Positions 25,611 through 40,332 are shown, counted from the first letter of the stretch. The stretch is DNA of 64,000 bases from Nitrosopumilaceae archaeon (GCA_965207375.1 CBDBMG010000001.1:256001-320000); one strand, 5' to 3'. Notes: a model not told the origin generated them from the letters alone. Numbers and translations: made by a program.

Positions 25611-27579
25611 TTGTTTTTGAACATGTAAGCCCTTAATAAGCTACTCTACTATGTGACAAGCATTTACTGTGCCCAATTTTTTGCCCAAAGTTCCCCAGTT
25701 GCCCTTATTAATACTGACTGTCATCTGTATGTGTACATAGCTACAACATAGCTAGTATATAGCAATCGTGATCTGTGGAATTTACAATCATATGCAGGAG
25801 TTCTCGCCAACATTAGCCAGTACTGTTGTGTATCATTTACTGCTTTGCTATTGATCCACATTCCATGTTGGATGATGAGAGGCGCCTGTGCGGGAAAGGA
25901 TTTGTGGAGTTGATGATGTGGTAATTGTTGGGCTATAGATGTAAATATGTGTTACTTAACCATCTGCCAAGTTTTTAAATCAACCACGATGGTAACCCTG
26001 CTGTAGCGGCAGTGGTAGCTGCACCTATTCGGAAGCTATGCAAAGCGTAGGGGGGGGGTTACCTCCTACCAAGTTCTTTTCCAACAAGGCCATAGAAAGG
26101 TTGTTCAACTAGCTTGAACATCTTTCCACCCAAGCAGATATGTACGTAGTTAGTACAGTTGTGTACTTGGACTTACAGGCACCATCAGTATGTAAAAATA
26201 TCTCTGCAGAGGAACCAGTACTCAGGAAACATATGTCGGGCTCTGTGCAGTAAGTATTGCCTTCAGGAACCTGTCAGTGAGTAACAACATGATAACAAAT
26301 AGCATACTGATTACATCGACACAATGCTTTAGCAGTACAGCACTCAATTGTTCCACAGTTATCATAAGAAATCGTAAAATGGAGTAGCTAGTAGCTAATA
26401 ACTTTGTAGCAAACAGCATGTGGATGTATAGCTAGCTGGTATATAGTTATAGCGAATTCAAACTATGGCTATCTGGGCTTAATACTAATCCATATAACTT
26501 TCGGACTAACCACACACAGAGTTAGTAGAATTAGAGTCCAATGTAGCACCTACGCGGACCAACATTATCGACAGTCAAAAGATGTGCCACTAAAATATTT
26601 TGATAGTCTCTACATGTGATACCTATACTTGGTTGTGATTTTATAGAGCTATGCAAGTCAACATAACATAACTGAGGTGTTGTTGTAATTTTATAGAGCT
26701 ACGCAAGTCAACATAACATAAACTGTTGAAGATATGTATAATCATCACAAAAAGCTTGGCGTTTATCCCGAGGTGGGCACCAATAAATTGCAATAATTTT
26801 TTTTGGATGGGCGACTCAAAGCCTACAAATAGATAAGAGAGTGGGCATTGTGCCAGTATTGTACGAGTACAGTATCTAGCTAGTTGTTGAATCCCTGAAA
26901 TACAGGATCTGTGATTTGAATAAGAAAGCATTTAATATTTGACCAATGGCAATTCACACGTTCACGTGGTAGATGAATAGAAAGATTCTGTTATGTGATC
27001 AATATATTCGCTGCCCAGGATATAGCTAAATAATTATCCATGCGCATGTAAACTATCTTTTGTACATTTACAGATATGAACACAAAGCTGCAGGAACAGC
27101 AGCATATTACATAGCTCCATGAATGCTGTGCACCTAGTAATTCAGTAGGTTAAAATGCACTTATTCTTTCACAAAGCTGCAGGAACAGCAGCATATTATG
27201 TAGCTCCATGCATGCTGTGCACCTAGTAATTCAGTAGGTTACAATGCACTTATTCTTTTGCACCTAGTAATTCAGTAGGTTACAATGCACTTATTCTTTT
27301 ATAATATAATGTAAATAATTATATGCAGCAAGGTGCGGATCTATTCTATAGTTGTGGAGACTAGCTCTACACCCGAAGAGATCACATTACCATTCCGTGC
27401 CTACAAAGACAATACATAGCACAAGATTTAGCACTTGCGAAAACCACATGCAAGAAACACGCAATTTTTCACTTGCGGAAAGCAGATATAGCACATCAAG
27501 CACACCATTCCGGACTCACAGAGACCACATAAAGTGCACAACTCTGATCACAGAATGCACACAATTCCACACATGTGAT

Positions 27580-28045
27580 CACATTACAATTCCACACTAT
27601 ACAAAGCACATAATTCTGCGCTTGCGGAGACCACATAAAGCACACAATTCAGCAAACAATTCTGTGCTTGTGGAGCACAATACGATTCCATGCTCGTGGA
27701 GACAATATAAAGCACACAATTCTGCGCTTGCGGAGACCACATAAAGCACACAATTCCGCGCTTGTGGAGCACATTACAATTCCATGCTCGTGGAGACAAT
27801 ACAAAGCACACTATTCCACGCTTGCAGAGCACACAATTCTGGACTTGCGGAGCACATTACAATTCCACGCTCGTGGAGACAATACAAAGCACACAATTCC
27901 GTGCTTGCGGATGCCACATAAAGCACACAATTCCACGCTCATGGAGACAATATAAAGCACAAAATTCCGCGCTTGCGGAGACCACATAAAGCACACAATT
28001 CCGCGCTTGCGGAGCACATTACAAATCCACGCTCGTGGAGACAAT
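27580..28045. repeat. Higher-order minisatellite built from three related ~28-33-bp subunits
   Basis: Recurring aagcacacaattccgcgcttgcggagaccacat / ...ggagcacattacaattccacgctcgtggagacaata. A separate 91-bp duplication lies at 27082-27300. Confidence 0.85.
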
Positions 28046-30178
28046 ATGCAACGTTACAATATATACACAACATTACAAAGCATAAAACATTACAATACAT
28101 ATAACAGTACAATACATAACATTACAGTACATATAACATTACAAACTTAGCAGCTATGCATACAGAAAAGTTTTTGTGCACACAAGCCTGTGCTCGCAGG
28201 AACCACAAGGCACGCTTGCGGGAAAGCGTCTCGTCGGCGTCAGGTGTGACATTATCAGCGCTGGGTGGGTTATTGCCGAAATATCGCCAATAATACTGGG
28301 AGTGGCCCTATTGAGTTGTTGAAAAATGAAGGCAACTGTTCCATTATCTGCCGAGGTTTGAAGAAAGCGTAGACGGTACTGTTTCTATACCTAATGACGC
28401 AGATGTAGGATGCAAAAATTGATAAAAGTGATTAGCCATTATATAGTTTATAACTTTTGAGTTGGGAGCGAAACATTTTTTGCTGGTAACGAAGCCAAGT
28501 CTGAAAGTGACAATTCTCGGTGTTGCTGGTATCGGGTGGTTTGTCGAACGTGTGCGCTACATGTAGGTGCTTGGCGCCGTTTTGACGGCATAATGCTCAG
28601 AATACTGAGGTGCTAAAGTAAACCCATAGTGACAATACGCGCTTATAATCGTTATAATACACACACAAAACAACCCACAGGTTAGATACGAGGTAGAATT
28701 CTTGATGATAATCTCCTTCTGATCGACCGCATGGTGCACCACGTGATGAGTTATGAGATTGCGCATTTATTAGGTTTGTGTTCGCATATCTACGTATTAT
28801 CTCGCTATATTTACAATCGTACCACAGTGCATGCTAGTTCCCATCCCTTCTTATGTCTTGCATGTTAGCTTCAATTTATTGTTATGATAATAAATTACAT
28901 TTTAACTTATATAGCACCTAGTTTTTAGATGGTAAAATGTCGACTTGTTCTTCCTAAATCTATATGGAGTTATTTATTTAGAAATGGTAAAATGTCAACT
29001 TGCTCTAAGTCATATCTCTGGTACTGTACTTGACAAATTAATCTCAACCTTTGTCTTTCACTGGACACATCCATACACAACAGACAAGTCTGTTACAGAT
29101 CTGTTACAGACTTGTAAAGAACAGATCTGTCACAGATCTGTATTTGAAACTGCCACAGAGCTGTCACATATCTGTTACATGACTGTTACAGATGACCTAT
29201 CAGTATGTCTCTACTATATTTGACAGATGGTGTATATAGCATTAACAGCCCTATACATATATAGTTATGACAGACTTAATAATTAATGCTATAATATTAA
29301 AATTAATCATACGTACATGCCATTCACAAATTAAGTAAACACATGCAAAAACTTAAATTCTGTATAATGTAAACAGTACATTGTCTTTTCTGCAGTATCT
29401 TTCAATGTCCCTGATGTGCTAATGTTCATTAAACCTTTCATTTTCATTTTCTTCTAGTGTTTCAGTAAGTATCATTAATTCTGTTTACATCATCCGCAAC
29501 ATGCATCTCACCTTTGATCACTTCCTCCAAAGCCATCTTTCACCCTACAAGGTGAATCCTGTAAGCCAGGATAGCAAAAATGAAAAAAATTATGCAGTCA
29601 CTCACTTAATGATAGCAGGGGTATGTGTGTTTGTCACCACCCACAATCAACTGCGAGTCTTTAAAAATTGATTTCACATACCATGTTGAGTTTCTGTAAT
29701 CAAACATGCATACATTTGTATTTAAAATATCATTTACACATGTAGCTATGTACATACATACCTTGGGTGCAGTAACTACAGTTCTACTGTCACTAGCACA
29801 CACTAGATATGACAAAATATAATAAGAATATTAGTTACCTCAGTTAACTCATATCAAGGTTAATAGTTACTTGAAAAGATTAGCTTAATCTGGACTACCT
29901 GTTACCTCCAACAAAATAAAGGCTATCACATGTTTATGGTATGTGTGGTAGGTTATCCTTGCATGTAATATACCACAGACTACTTAGTAGGTGGTACTTT
30001 TGGTCTTAAAAATTGTGCTTTAGCAACTATAGAGCTATAGTGATCATAAGAAGTGCCTGATCATAATGTGTAGTTGGCTAATCATCAGTAGTTATACATT
30101 ATAGCAAGAGTCCATATGTAAAGCTACAAGTACATGGCATGTAAATGTTCTTGATTTGTTGTATATTTCTTTCCATAG

Positions 30179-30587
30179 CTGTCTTTGTAAGCTTTGAACG
30201 ATCAACATACAGTGTTGATGAAGATGCTGGATCAGCACAACCTGTACTAGTTCTCAGTAACCCATCATCACTGGAATTTAATGTAACAGTGACTAACACT
30301 GATGGATCAGCTACTGGTGGATCAACTATTGGTGAGTACTGTAGTATTTGATTAACTATTAATACTATAACATGTTACAGGAGGAGGTGTTGATTATATT
30401 TCTGGACCATACACTGTCACATTTCCTGCTGGAGTGACAAGAGTACCATTTGATATTGCAATAAATGATGATGATGTTTTGGAAAGCATTGAGAACTTCA
30501 TGCTCACTATTAATCCATCCTCACTACCCACTAATGTTACTGTTGGTAGTCCTGGTCGAGCTACAGTGACCATTGTGGATGATGATG
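30179..30587 (+). CDS. Gene copy 1, exons 3-4 (30179-30331, 30381-30587): Calx-beta domain
   Basis: VFVSFERSTYSVDEDAGSAQPVLVLS...DGSATGG / GVDYISGPYTVTFPAGVTRVPFDIAINDDDVLESIENFMLTI...ATVTIVDDD. Split by a 49-bp GT-AG intron; all junctions phase 1. Confidence 0.88.
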
Positions 30588-30640
30588 GTAAGCAATTATT
30601 GAATACTTTTCTGTATACGTACTTTTGTTCTTGTATGTCA

Positions 30641-31253
30641 TCCCTTATAGCCAGAAAATTTCGAGGGCTCCAATTTTCAAGGATTTCGAGGATTTTTTGT
30701 TAACCTCGAAAATTTTATCCTCGAAAAGTTTTGGCTGCTAAATAAGTTTTTTATCTATGGTAGCCCGTGCAATATATCAATATACTTACGCGAGTCTAAT
30801 ATAGTGGGTCGGCTTTATCAATAGATTAGTGTGTCAGCAAAGGAATAAAGGCAGCCAACAATGTCGGCTCGAGTGTCAGCTTCAACAACTGTCATGGCGA
30901 TGATGCTCTGTAGACTGGTCTATCATACTAATTTAAAGTGCCAGCGCTCCCAACAAATAAGCGCGTACAGAATATGTCATCTTCAGTGCTGAAGACATGA
31001 ACATTATACTGTATAGTAACCCTACCAAGAAGCTCAACTGCTTTCCCACTGCAGATGATATGGCAGACTTGAATGGGTAAGCGATGTTCATACAGTTTTG
31101 GCTTGTGACATGCGCCAAGTTGCACCAGCGAGCGTTAATAGGAAAATTCCAAGTCACTGAACCTTGAAAATTTTATCATGAAAATTTTCATTTAAAGTAA
31201 AATTTGCTCAACCTCAAAAATTTCAACCCTCGAAATTTTCCGGCTATACGGTA
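30641..31253. mobile_element. TIR MITE in intron 4
   Basis: tatagccagaaaatttcgaggg ... ccctcgaaattttccggctatacggta, with subterminal ctcgaaaatttt repeats. Confidence 0.75.
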
Positions 31254-32835
31254 TGGTTGAAAGTCTTTTAAGTGCAAACCAACATTGCATCAAGCATGTG
31301 TACAACCCATTCAAGTGCTAACCTTAATACACCATTTGCCACTGCAGTATTGCTATATAGTATAGAGCTATGCAGTATGTATCTATGTACAAGTGCACTG
31401 TAACACCTTAATTTATTGCACAGCATCACTGCATAATTATCAGAACTCACAGTAGTGAGTCGCGTGGCCATGAAAACAGCTCACATGACGACTACAGAGA
31501 GTCTCTTACACATAGCAATGGTATATAAAATCAGATAATAAAACTAACCTTTCCACAACTCAAATCGCTTCCTTATTGCAGCTGTCTAACCATTGGTATC
31601 TCATTGCTCAGTAAAACCAGAATCTAGCAGTAATGCTACAAGTAATTCTACATGAGTATTGTGAAGTCTGTGTTTCAAAATTTTTTGTTTTTACTTCACC
31701 AGGTTCATTTTTGCAGCCTGTGGACAAACTTTATGGACGTACTTATATAACAATAATCAAGACTCACGATAGTGAGTCGCGAGGCCAAGAAGAAGCAGCC
31801 GTACGCGACGAACGAGTGAGTTATTTACAGGTAGCACCGCTCAAAAATTCGCAGACGCTGTAACTAAGCCGCCATAAAAGCTACCGCTTAGTTATTACGG
31901 ACCTAGTACGTTCTTACTATATAGAATCAATATACCAACAATGAAGTAAATAGCTGCCTCCATTCCTGAGTATCAGCCATTGCGAGTTTTATGGCGCTCG
32001 TTTTGCGACAACGCACGACGAACCATCTGCCCCGCCCCTTTCCGCTCGTTAATTAGAGAATTAGTACCTTCATTTAATGTAGAATCAGTAACCCAAAGTT
32101 CATCGAAATCGGACCAGCCAGTCTTCTGATACAGCCTTATAAAGTCCTCCTTCCAGTAAAAAAATTTTTACGCGGCCGTCGTTTTCTTTTTCTTTCTTTC
32201 ATTTTCATCGCACACTTTTCGTGGGCTTGCGTGACCCCCGGCGTGAATCCCGGAATTTATATTTAAAACACTCATTTAGTACATACACTTGTTTGTCTAA
32301 TAACTCACTCATTTATGCATGGATTTCAACCAAATTTGTATCAACACTTCTCCTATGTATGCTCTACCAGACAAACAACTTTCAGCATTAAGCAAATACC
32401 TCAATGTATTTGAGAGATACTTTTACATTGTATGTTGATAGTTTCCATAACTCGGACCCCCTCTAAATCATTTGAATGAAATTTCAGATACACAAGCTAT
32501 ATTGATATATGAATCTTCAGGATAAGTTTAAAGAAATTATGACACTTCAGTTTATCAAAATTAGCCTTTAACGATTTCATTCATGTTAATGTGCCATGAT
32601 AATTATACCAAACAACAAGAGGTGAACAGTGGCCACACATTATAAATAGGAGACCACTGTCACTATTAGCATACACAATATTTTGCACTATAATATTAAT
32701 TGTCTTCTCCTGTAGATCAATCAACAGTAGAGGATGGCAATGATGTAGCCTTCATTGAAGTTCTCAACTGTTCTCCACCTACATAGCTAACAATTATATT
32801 ATAATAACACATACTTTATAATGTTCATTAGTTAT

Positions 32836-33398
32836 TTGGGGGAATACAAGGGAAATACCCAAAATATTAACTTCCTCCTCTCCCCTTTAAAATTTTATTA
32901 CTCTGCATACTTTATATAAGGTTTCTTGTCAGGACTTATTTATAGTATATAATCTGTTTTTGAATATTTACAAAAAGCAGTGATATGCTAAACAAAAACA
33001 GCCTGGCTGTAAAAAAAGTGCGAGGCCAATCAGAAGCCACAAATATAAGCGACCAAAAACTCTGATATCAAGTAAGGCCAAGAAATTGAACATTTTATTA
33101 AGAATCTTTTTACTTGAATGACATACAATAGTTTACAGGGCATTTTCACAACTATGATTGGCTTTGTCACTTGGCCACCTTTTTGCACTATCATCTTTTA
33201 TAAGGTGGCCAAGTGACAAAGCCAATCATAGTTGTGAAAATGCCCTGTAAACTATTGTATGTCATTCAAGTAAAAAGATTCTTAATAAAATGTTCAATTT
33301 CTTGGCCTTACTTGATATCAGAGTTTTTGGTCGCTTATATTTGTGGCTTCTGATTGGCCTCGCACTTTTTTTACAGCCAGGCTGTTTTTGTTTAGCAT
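32836..33398. mobile_element. Repeat family 2: unique leader plus terminal perfect palindrome (197-bp arms, 20-nt loop)
   Basis: Arms at 32985-33181 and 33202-33398. A diverged full copy lies at 56633-57140 and a partly deleted copy at ~12488-12714. Confidence 0.85.
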
Positions 33399-34351
33399 TA
33401 CCAGTTACCTGAATCCTTTATGAACTGCTTGTAAACTCCATTGCCAACGCTAACTGGTACTTTATGGTAATGAGAAGAGACAACTATTCTTTATCTATTT
33501 AATACTTAATTGAGGCAAACAAGGCTTATTTTATCATAAGGAGAGCCTGGAGAGGAAGTTCTGGCTGCTTACTCTGATATGTAGGTTGGTTGATGTTTTC
33601 CATTGTTTCAGCATTTGTTATGTTTAAACCCAGGACTTACCTGGTTTCTTACATATACTCGAGCTCGTTTATAACATGAAATATGCATAATTTATACTGT
33701 GCTGTAATCACTTTTATATCCTTATAATTAGCATAGCTAGCTACTGCTTATGTGCATCTCCTTAATGGCATGTGACAATTAGAATTGTTTACTGGTTCTC
33801 ACCTATCTAGGGATTATTTTTCAATATCTATAGCTATTGTTATTATTTACAAGCAGAAGTGTAGGAAGATGTTCAGAACTAAGGGTGCTATAGCAGATCT
33901 AGTGATGCTATAATGGTACGTGTCTTCCACAACAAAAATACACTGTAGTTTTAAGGGGTGTTAAGTGTTAACACGATCACAAACTGTTGTGAAATAAACT
34001 TCACTGCTTCCATGTAGAGAGATTTGACCTATAGAGACACGCACAGTGTTAACAATAGCTGTGTTAAGACAGACGGTCATGTGTCAGCGGCCAAGAAAGA
34101 CACACAGGCACACAAGTATGTTATTTACATGACCGGTAAAATAGCCGATTTCAGCCTCTCATAACTCAAAAGCTATTGGGCTGATGGGTGATTTCCACTA
34201 AATTTACATATTTTATACCTTAATATAGCTACCGTACCTTATCAAGTGCACCTCTATTAGGCTATAAACTATCCATGCATGAGTCGGCCCACCCCACAAT
34301 GATATACCATCTGACCATCTGTCTACTTATACTATTTTGTTAATTTTGCAG

Positions 34352-35836
34352 GTGAAGAGATTTGCTCAGTTACCAGTGTTAGTGGAAAGGTTAACCATAA
34401 CCAAACAAGAGAAAGGACAAAATTCAGGTTTTCATCTGATGGTAATCTAGGAGTCACATACCAATGCAAACTTGATGATGGCAAGTTTAAAGATTGTGAG
34501 TTTATAGCTAATATAAATTCTTATAGAACTTAGAATCTGTGACATTCAATTTGTATGATAGCTTTGTTACAGTACAAGAATTTTTAGACTATAGCTAGCT
34601 AGATCAAATGCTGTATGCATGGAATTCATTGCTGTTACCGCTATAAGTGTGTAAGCATCTCATCATTACTGATTTTATAGCTAATCACTTTAGCAAATAC
34701 ATAGGGCAGCAAAAAGGCGGCACCCCAAAAACAAGTTAATGTTTTACCATCTAAAAACCAGGCACTGTGTAAGTTAAACCACAATCAACTGCTACTCAAT
34801 GTACGTATTGTAACAGTACTTAATGATGTCATCAGTAAGTCATATGAGGAAAGACTCATCACTAAGGAACACGTAGCAACGCATACAAATTTAATTCTTC
34901 CGGTTTATACGCCAGTACTTTAGTGATAAAACTTTTTAAAAGTAACATAAAGTTGTACTGTAACACTATAGACCAATCTTCTTTTATAAGCTTCACAACC
35001 CGCACAGCACACCCACTTTTAAAACTAAAGCACTCCGTCTTGTTAGTAATGTACAACTGGTTAAATGGCTTTCACTGTAAAATGAACAGCAAATACAGCA
35101 TTACCTTACTCTCCTTTGGCAGTAACTTACGACGCGCTTCGTTACTTAGACCCCACCCATCAATAGTATTGATTGCAAGTGCCATACAAAGAAACTGAAA
35201 GGCAGTAGCTAAGACTAGTTTAATTGCTTATTCAGATTTCATTTCACGCAAATAATTTTTAATAGCCCAGGCAGCGGACACACAAACAATCAAAATTAAT
35301 AAAGCAGTTATTTATCCTTATAGAGCAGTTAATAGCACATTATTCCAAGCAAAAATTATACCCAAGCAGCTCCCCAAAGTTTTCTTTGGTTTCACCACCT
35401 CTAAACACAAACTGTTCATGGCAATTAACTAGGGACCCAGACCACATAGCAATATACTATAGCTATAAATTTTCTTTACAACAGGGGATCTGTTCCTCAT
35501 CAGGACCCCATTAAAATTGCTTATCATTCTAAGCATCCTATCTAAAGTTTCCTTGATTTTGTAGAAACACCATTATTTAAAATGCATGAATGTTTATGTA
35601 GTTACTTTATTATATACATAGCTAACTATATAACTCTGTAATATAACTATAATATAATGTAGCTAGTTATAATAGCTATATAGTTACATAATATTGTATA
35701 TTTAGGTAAAAGTCCTAAGGTTTGGAGAAAATTGAAGAGAGGAAGACATACTATTGCTGTAAGAGCCTTTTGCATTGATGATGAAGGGAAAAGATTTTCC
35801 ACTGTGAGAAGAAATTTCAAACTTCGAGTTCGTTAA
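34352..35836 (+). CDS. Gene copy 1, exons 5-6 (34352-34495, 35706-35836): C-terminal basic Ig-like module and stop
   Basis: tttgcag|GT...EEICSVTSVSGKVNHNQTRERTKFRFSSDGNLGVTYQCKLDDGKFKD T|GTGAGT, then tttag|GT giving CKSPKVWRKLKRGRHTIAVRAFCIDDEGKRFSTVRRNFKLRVR*. Phases match and the assembled CDS is 2160 bp. Not in the supplied ORF track. Confidence 0.75.
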
Positions 35837-37034
35837 TCAGTGTGACTTCATCCCTCTTCATGCTTGCATTTGACTATAGTAGTTTATATTTCTTTGTTAG
35901 GTTTCTGCACTGAAATTAGATTTAGAATTAACTGCTACTCTTATTGTGCATTTAACTTTTAGCTTCGTAATTATGCCAACCATATGAAATCTGTATGCTA
36001 GCTTAAGTCGAAGACACTTACTTTCAGTTTGATTGTCAGCTTTAGTCAATAACTTCACATCTGGATCAGAGGTTAACACTAAGTCCACCATTCTACACTG
36101 TACCTATGCATGAATTTATAGCTACTTAAAACCCCTTAGTGCATCAACTCTGTTGCAAATAAGGACTTGTTATAGTTGAATCTCACACTTGCTATAGCAA
36201 ACACACCAGCATGGATGGTAGTTTGAGACTAAAGCAGCACGATTACGCCAATTAAGGAGGCTCCTTTGTCCCCTTAGTACCCAAATATTAGCTAGTTAAT
36301 AAGCATAATTTTGGGCATAATAGACATTGAGGCATAATAGGCAAATTTTCTGGCACATTGTAGCAAATGATAGTAAATTTATGAAGATCAGCAAAAGAAC
36401 ACCAACCCTACAGGATTACATAGAGGCGGTTTATTAGTGCCATAAAATATTTGAAATATTAGACATGTTGATTACTGATACAGGGGGTAATCTACCCCTG
36501 TATCAGTAAATTACTGCTCTGCAGCCTCCTCAAGGCATTGGGGGGCAAACTTTAGACAATACTGTTCACATACATAGCTACATAAATTAACATAGACATA
36601 TAGCTAGAATATATTCCCAACTGTTGTAGCTATAGACTAGGTCACTTCTGTGTTGTATAGATTGGGGGGTAATCACTTCTCATGCCCCCTCAGTTTCCCC
36701 TGTGATATAGCTAACTATCAAATGGTGGTAGGGATGTCCCAATTAGGCCAGCTGTAACAAATGTCACTATATATTATTATATATTACTAAGAGTTTCCCT
36801 AACCCTAACCATTATAAACTCTTGATGTTAATATGGTTATAGCTAATCTGTTTAGCTATATATATATAAGATGGTTACTAAAACACATTAGCTATAGGTA
36901 GCTACAATAGTTAAAGTAGCTAGCTATATGTGTATAATATAAACCTTTGCATTACACAAGTGCTGTTTCTGTACTTTACACACACCCCATGCATAGCTTC
37001 TCTTCAGTACCCAGTCCCCTACTTCTCATGACAG

Positions 37035-37100
<66 letters not shown>

Positions 37101-39144
37101 TATGTATGTATATATATGCTACTGTGTTAACATTTTAGTCAGTAAGTTATGTGCATAGCTACATAGCTAGCCAATATAGGTGTGGCATGTACAGAAACAA
37201 AAACTAATGTAAGCTAGTAATACGTAGAATGTAAGTAGCTATATAGTAATTTCTAAATTGTATTATTCGTATATATGTGGATAAATCCATACCACATCAC
37301 ATGATGATATGGTTTTTATGGTGCCATAGAAATGACACCTATAGCTATATATACCTAAGAGAAAGAGTCAGGGCCTTAGCTACCTACTCCTATAATCAGT
37401 CATATAGGAGAATGTGACCTTATTAGTTAATACTACATTATCCTATGACTAGGTAGGTAGCTACAGGGACCAGTCTATTCTTTTTAGTATGCTACTAGAG
37501 TATAGAGTATACTCTATTAGAGTATATTGATCTTTTGATCTTTATGCTTGATGCTCTTAATTACCTATTATATAATCAGCTGGTGGCCAACTTAGATATA
37601 TAAGAGTGCATTCCTAATATGGGTGGCTAGCCACGTACCCTATCTGCCCCTGAACCATTAAAGATTAGTCAGTATGGAGTGTAGCTATGACTGCCATGTA
37701 TCAAAAACTCAAAATGTCAGAATTATATATAGCTAGATATTACCATATATGTACATAGCTAGACGTATAGATAGAGACTAAATCGACAGTAGGGCATTAT
37801 TACAAGTAAATATATTTACTGCATGAAAATTTGGCCTTGTTTATGACACAGAAGATCGATATATTCTAATAGAACAGTCAAACAATCAGTTGCAGTGTGA
37901 TAATCTAATAGCTAGACATTGAAGTAAACAAGAAGTGATTATTCTAGGATTACAGATTTGGAGGGATTAAGGATTTTTGGGGGTAAAGATGTGGTAAACC
38001 GATGATCAAAAAAACAAGGTACTTTACTCTTAAATATCACCACCTAGAAAGAAAGTGATTCTGAACTACACAATTGTTTCCCTGAATCACTCATAATTTT
38101 AGGGGATACTATGATTTTGGGGATTCCCCCTAACAGCTCTGAAATAAACACTGGTTTATGAGCATATTATAGGCACTGCAGGCAGCCATACAGATTGTAG
38201 CTAATATACATATGTAGGAGAAATGCTGGTGTAAACTCAATTAAAGAATGAGTGAGTTATTAGACTATCAAGTGTGATACACAAAATATTTCAGGTGCTT
38301 GTAAAGGGTTGTGATGAAAATTAAGAAAGAAAGTAGATTAATAACTTTGGTGTAAACACACATAGCTACCATGTGACGTGGCTATTTGGGATTTTTCAAA
38401 ATTTTCGGTCAATCCCTATCATGAACTACCACCATGATTTATGATAAATCAATCAATCAATCATTAACTAATTATAATATTATCACACTTGGCAATTTTG
38501 AGTTGCCCCACTTATTGAATTGTGATATTTATCTGCTGCTGCATGCTGCTACTAACTGCATTGATCTTTGAGGATAGACTGTTTTACTGCAGCTAAACAA
38601 TGCCAACATCAAAATAGTGACCCACAATCACAGCCAGTATGATCCATTACTATAAAAAGATTCTACCCATCTGCATTCCTCATCAGGCCAACAACTGTGA
38701 ACTCTGCCATTTCTCCATCGATCAATTCCAGGGGAAAGCTATGTCCTCTGGTATCAGCAAGTTTATTTTTATAAACTGTAGTTCAACACGAGTGCATGAT
38801 AAACACCAAATCACATGAAATCTATTGTGTAGCTAGATGGTAGCTAATTATAATGTAATCAGCTGTGAAACCAGAATCCAGTGGAGTTTATGGACTCTCT
38901 GGTGTCCTAATCCTAATGCATGAGCCTTCCTAGTAGCTATGTAGTTTAATATGCTCTAATAACTATGCCTAGTATCTTACACCTACATACCTCGTCTCCT
39001 ATGCCTACCTAGCTAGTCCTTTGGCATAAGTTAACCTATAAACTTCGATAGATAACAGATAGAAATTGTCATGCCAAAATCTTATTCCTTGCATTGTTTC
39101 CTTAGCACCGAGAGATCGATAGCTATATGCAATGCAATGCATGC

Positions 39145-39325
<181 letters not shown>

Positions 39326-39999
39326 TATCCATAGCCCTGACTCTATGTGCTTGTGTAACCAGCTTGGCTGCAAAAGGCAAGCACTTTCAAAATGCTGTAT
39401 ATAGCTACACGTATATACATGTGTGCCCAAATAGCTATAGAGCCCAAAGTGACTACATAAATGTGTTCATGTATAGCCACTCAACTTGATTATTCTAACT
39501 GTAGTGATTATGTGTCTAAACATTTAATTACCCTCCAACCAGAAATTGCTTTGGAGATGGGTGAATGACAGAAAACACTCACCAATTCCTACTGTCAGCA
39601 AGGTGACTTCCTTTTGACAACCTTACGATCATCTGTTCCCCAATGTAGGTATGGATTATCAGTGCTAGAAATAACAGTCGGCTATTGGCCATTTTCCGAC
39701 CAATTTTAACATTTGTTTGGTCGGCCAAATTTACTATACATTTTCAATGGCATGGCAATTGATAACTTACAAAAATGTCATATTTTCAAAAAATGACTGA
39801 CCAATTTCTGACCCTTATTTCTACCGCTGGATTATTCACCACCTACAAAACATCACTAAACTAAGCCATGATTTAAGTTGTTGATGCATCGTTTGATAAA
39901 CCTGCTGTTCAACTTTGTTCTATTGCGGTATAGCAGCGTGTTTTGGGATCTTCACGTGGCAATGATATCCTTGATTGACTTACTGTTCATTGTTCAATC

Positions 40000-40332
40000 T
40001 AGGGATGCCATGCACGATATAAAATTTTTTGTGTCATATGTCATGGAGAATTATGTCACATGTCACGACATAAACTATAATGGTTTCACAACACTTTTTA
40101 TGCATGCAATTAACATTAATGTTAAACATTTTTTCAAAAATATTGATATTGACATCAACAATACATAACAACAATAACATTAACAACAATTTTGTTTATA
40201 ATTTTTATTTTTTCTCCCGTTATATTACATCATAATCAATAAAAAGTGTGTCACGACATAAAGCAACCTATATCATATCATGGAATTTTATTTCACGACA
40301 TGTCGTATGTCACGACTATCGTGGCATTCCTA
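40000..40332. mobile_element. hAT-type MITE, absent from the paralogous site
   Basis: TAGGGATGCCA...TGGCATTCCTA with 8-bp TSD GTTCAATC. The empty site ttgttcaatctgtgtt is present at 581-596. Confidence 0.92.

Noticed and set aside
25197-25628. Poly-Q, Cys-rich and hydrophobic repeat ORFs in several frames
   Set aside because: Translations of a 21/24-bp minisatellite; no splice or homology support.
27580-28045. CRISPR-like regular repeat array
   Set aside because: No unique spacers, units are variants of each other, no cas genes, eukaryotic context.
32716-32787. Possible extra exon of gene copy 1 (DQSTVEDGNDVAFIE...)
   Set aside because: Good acceptor, but no phase-1 GT donor and read-through hits a stop; could be a pseudo-exon or alternative terminal exon, unsupported.
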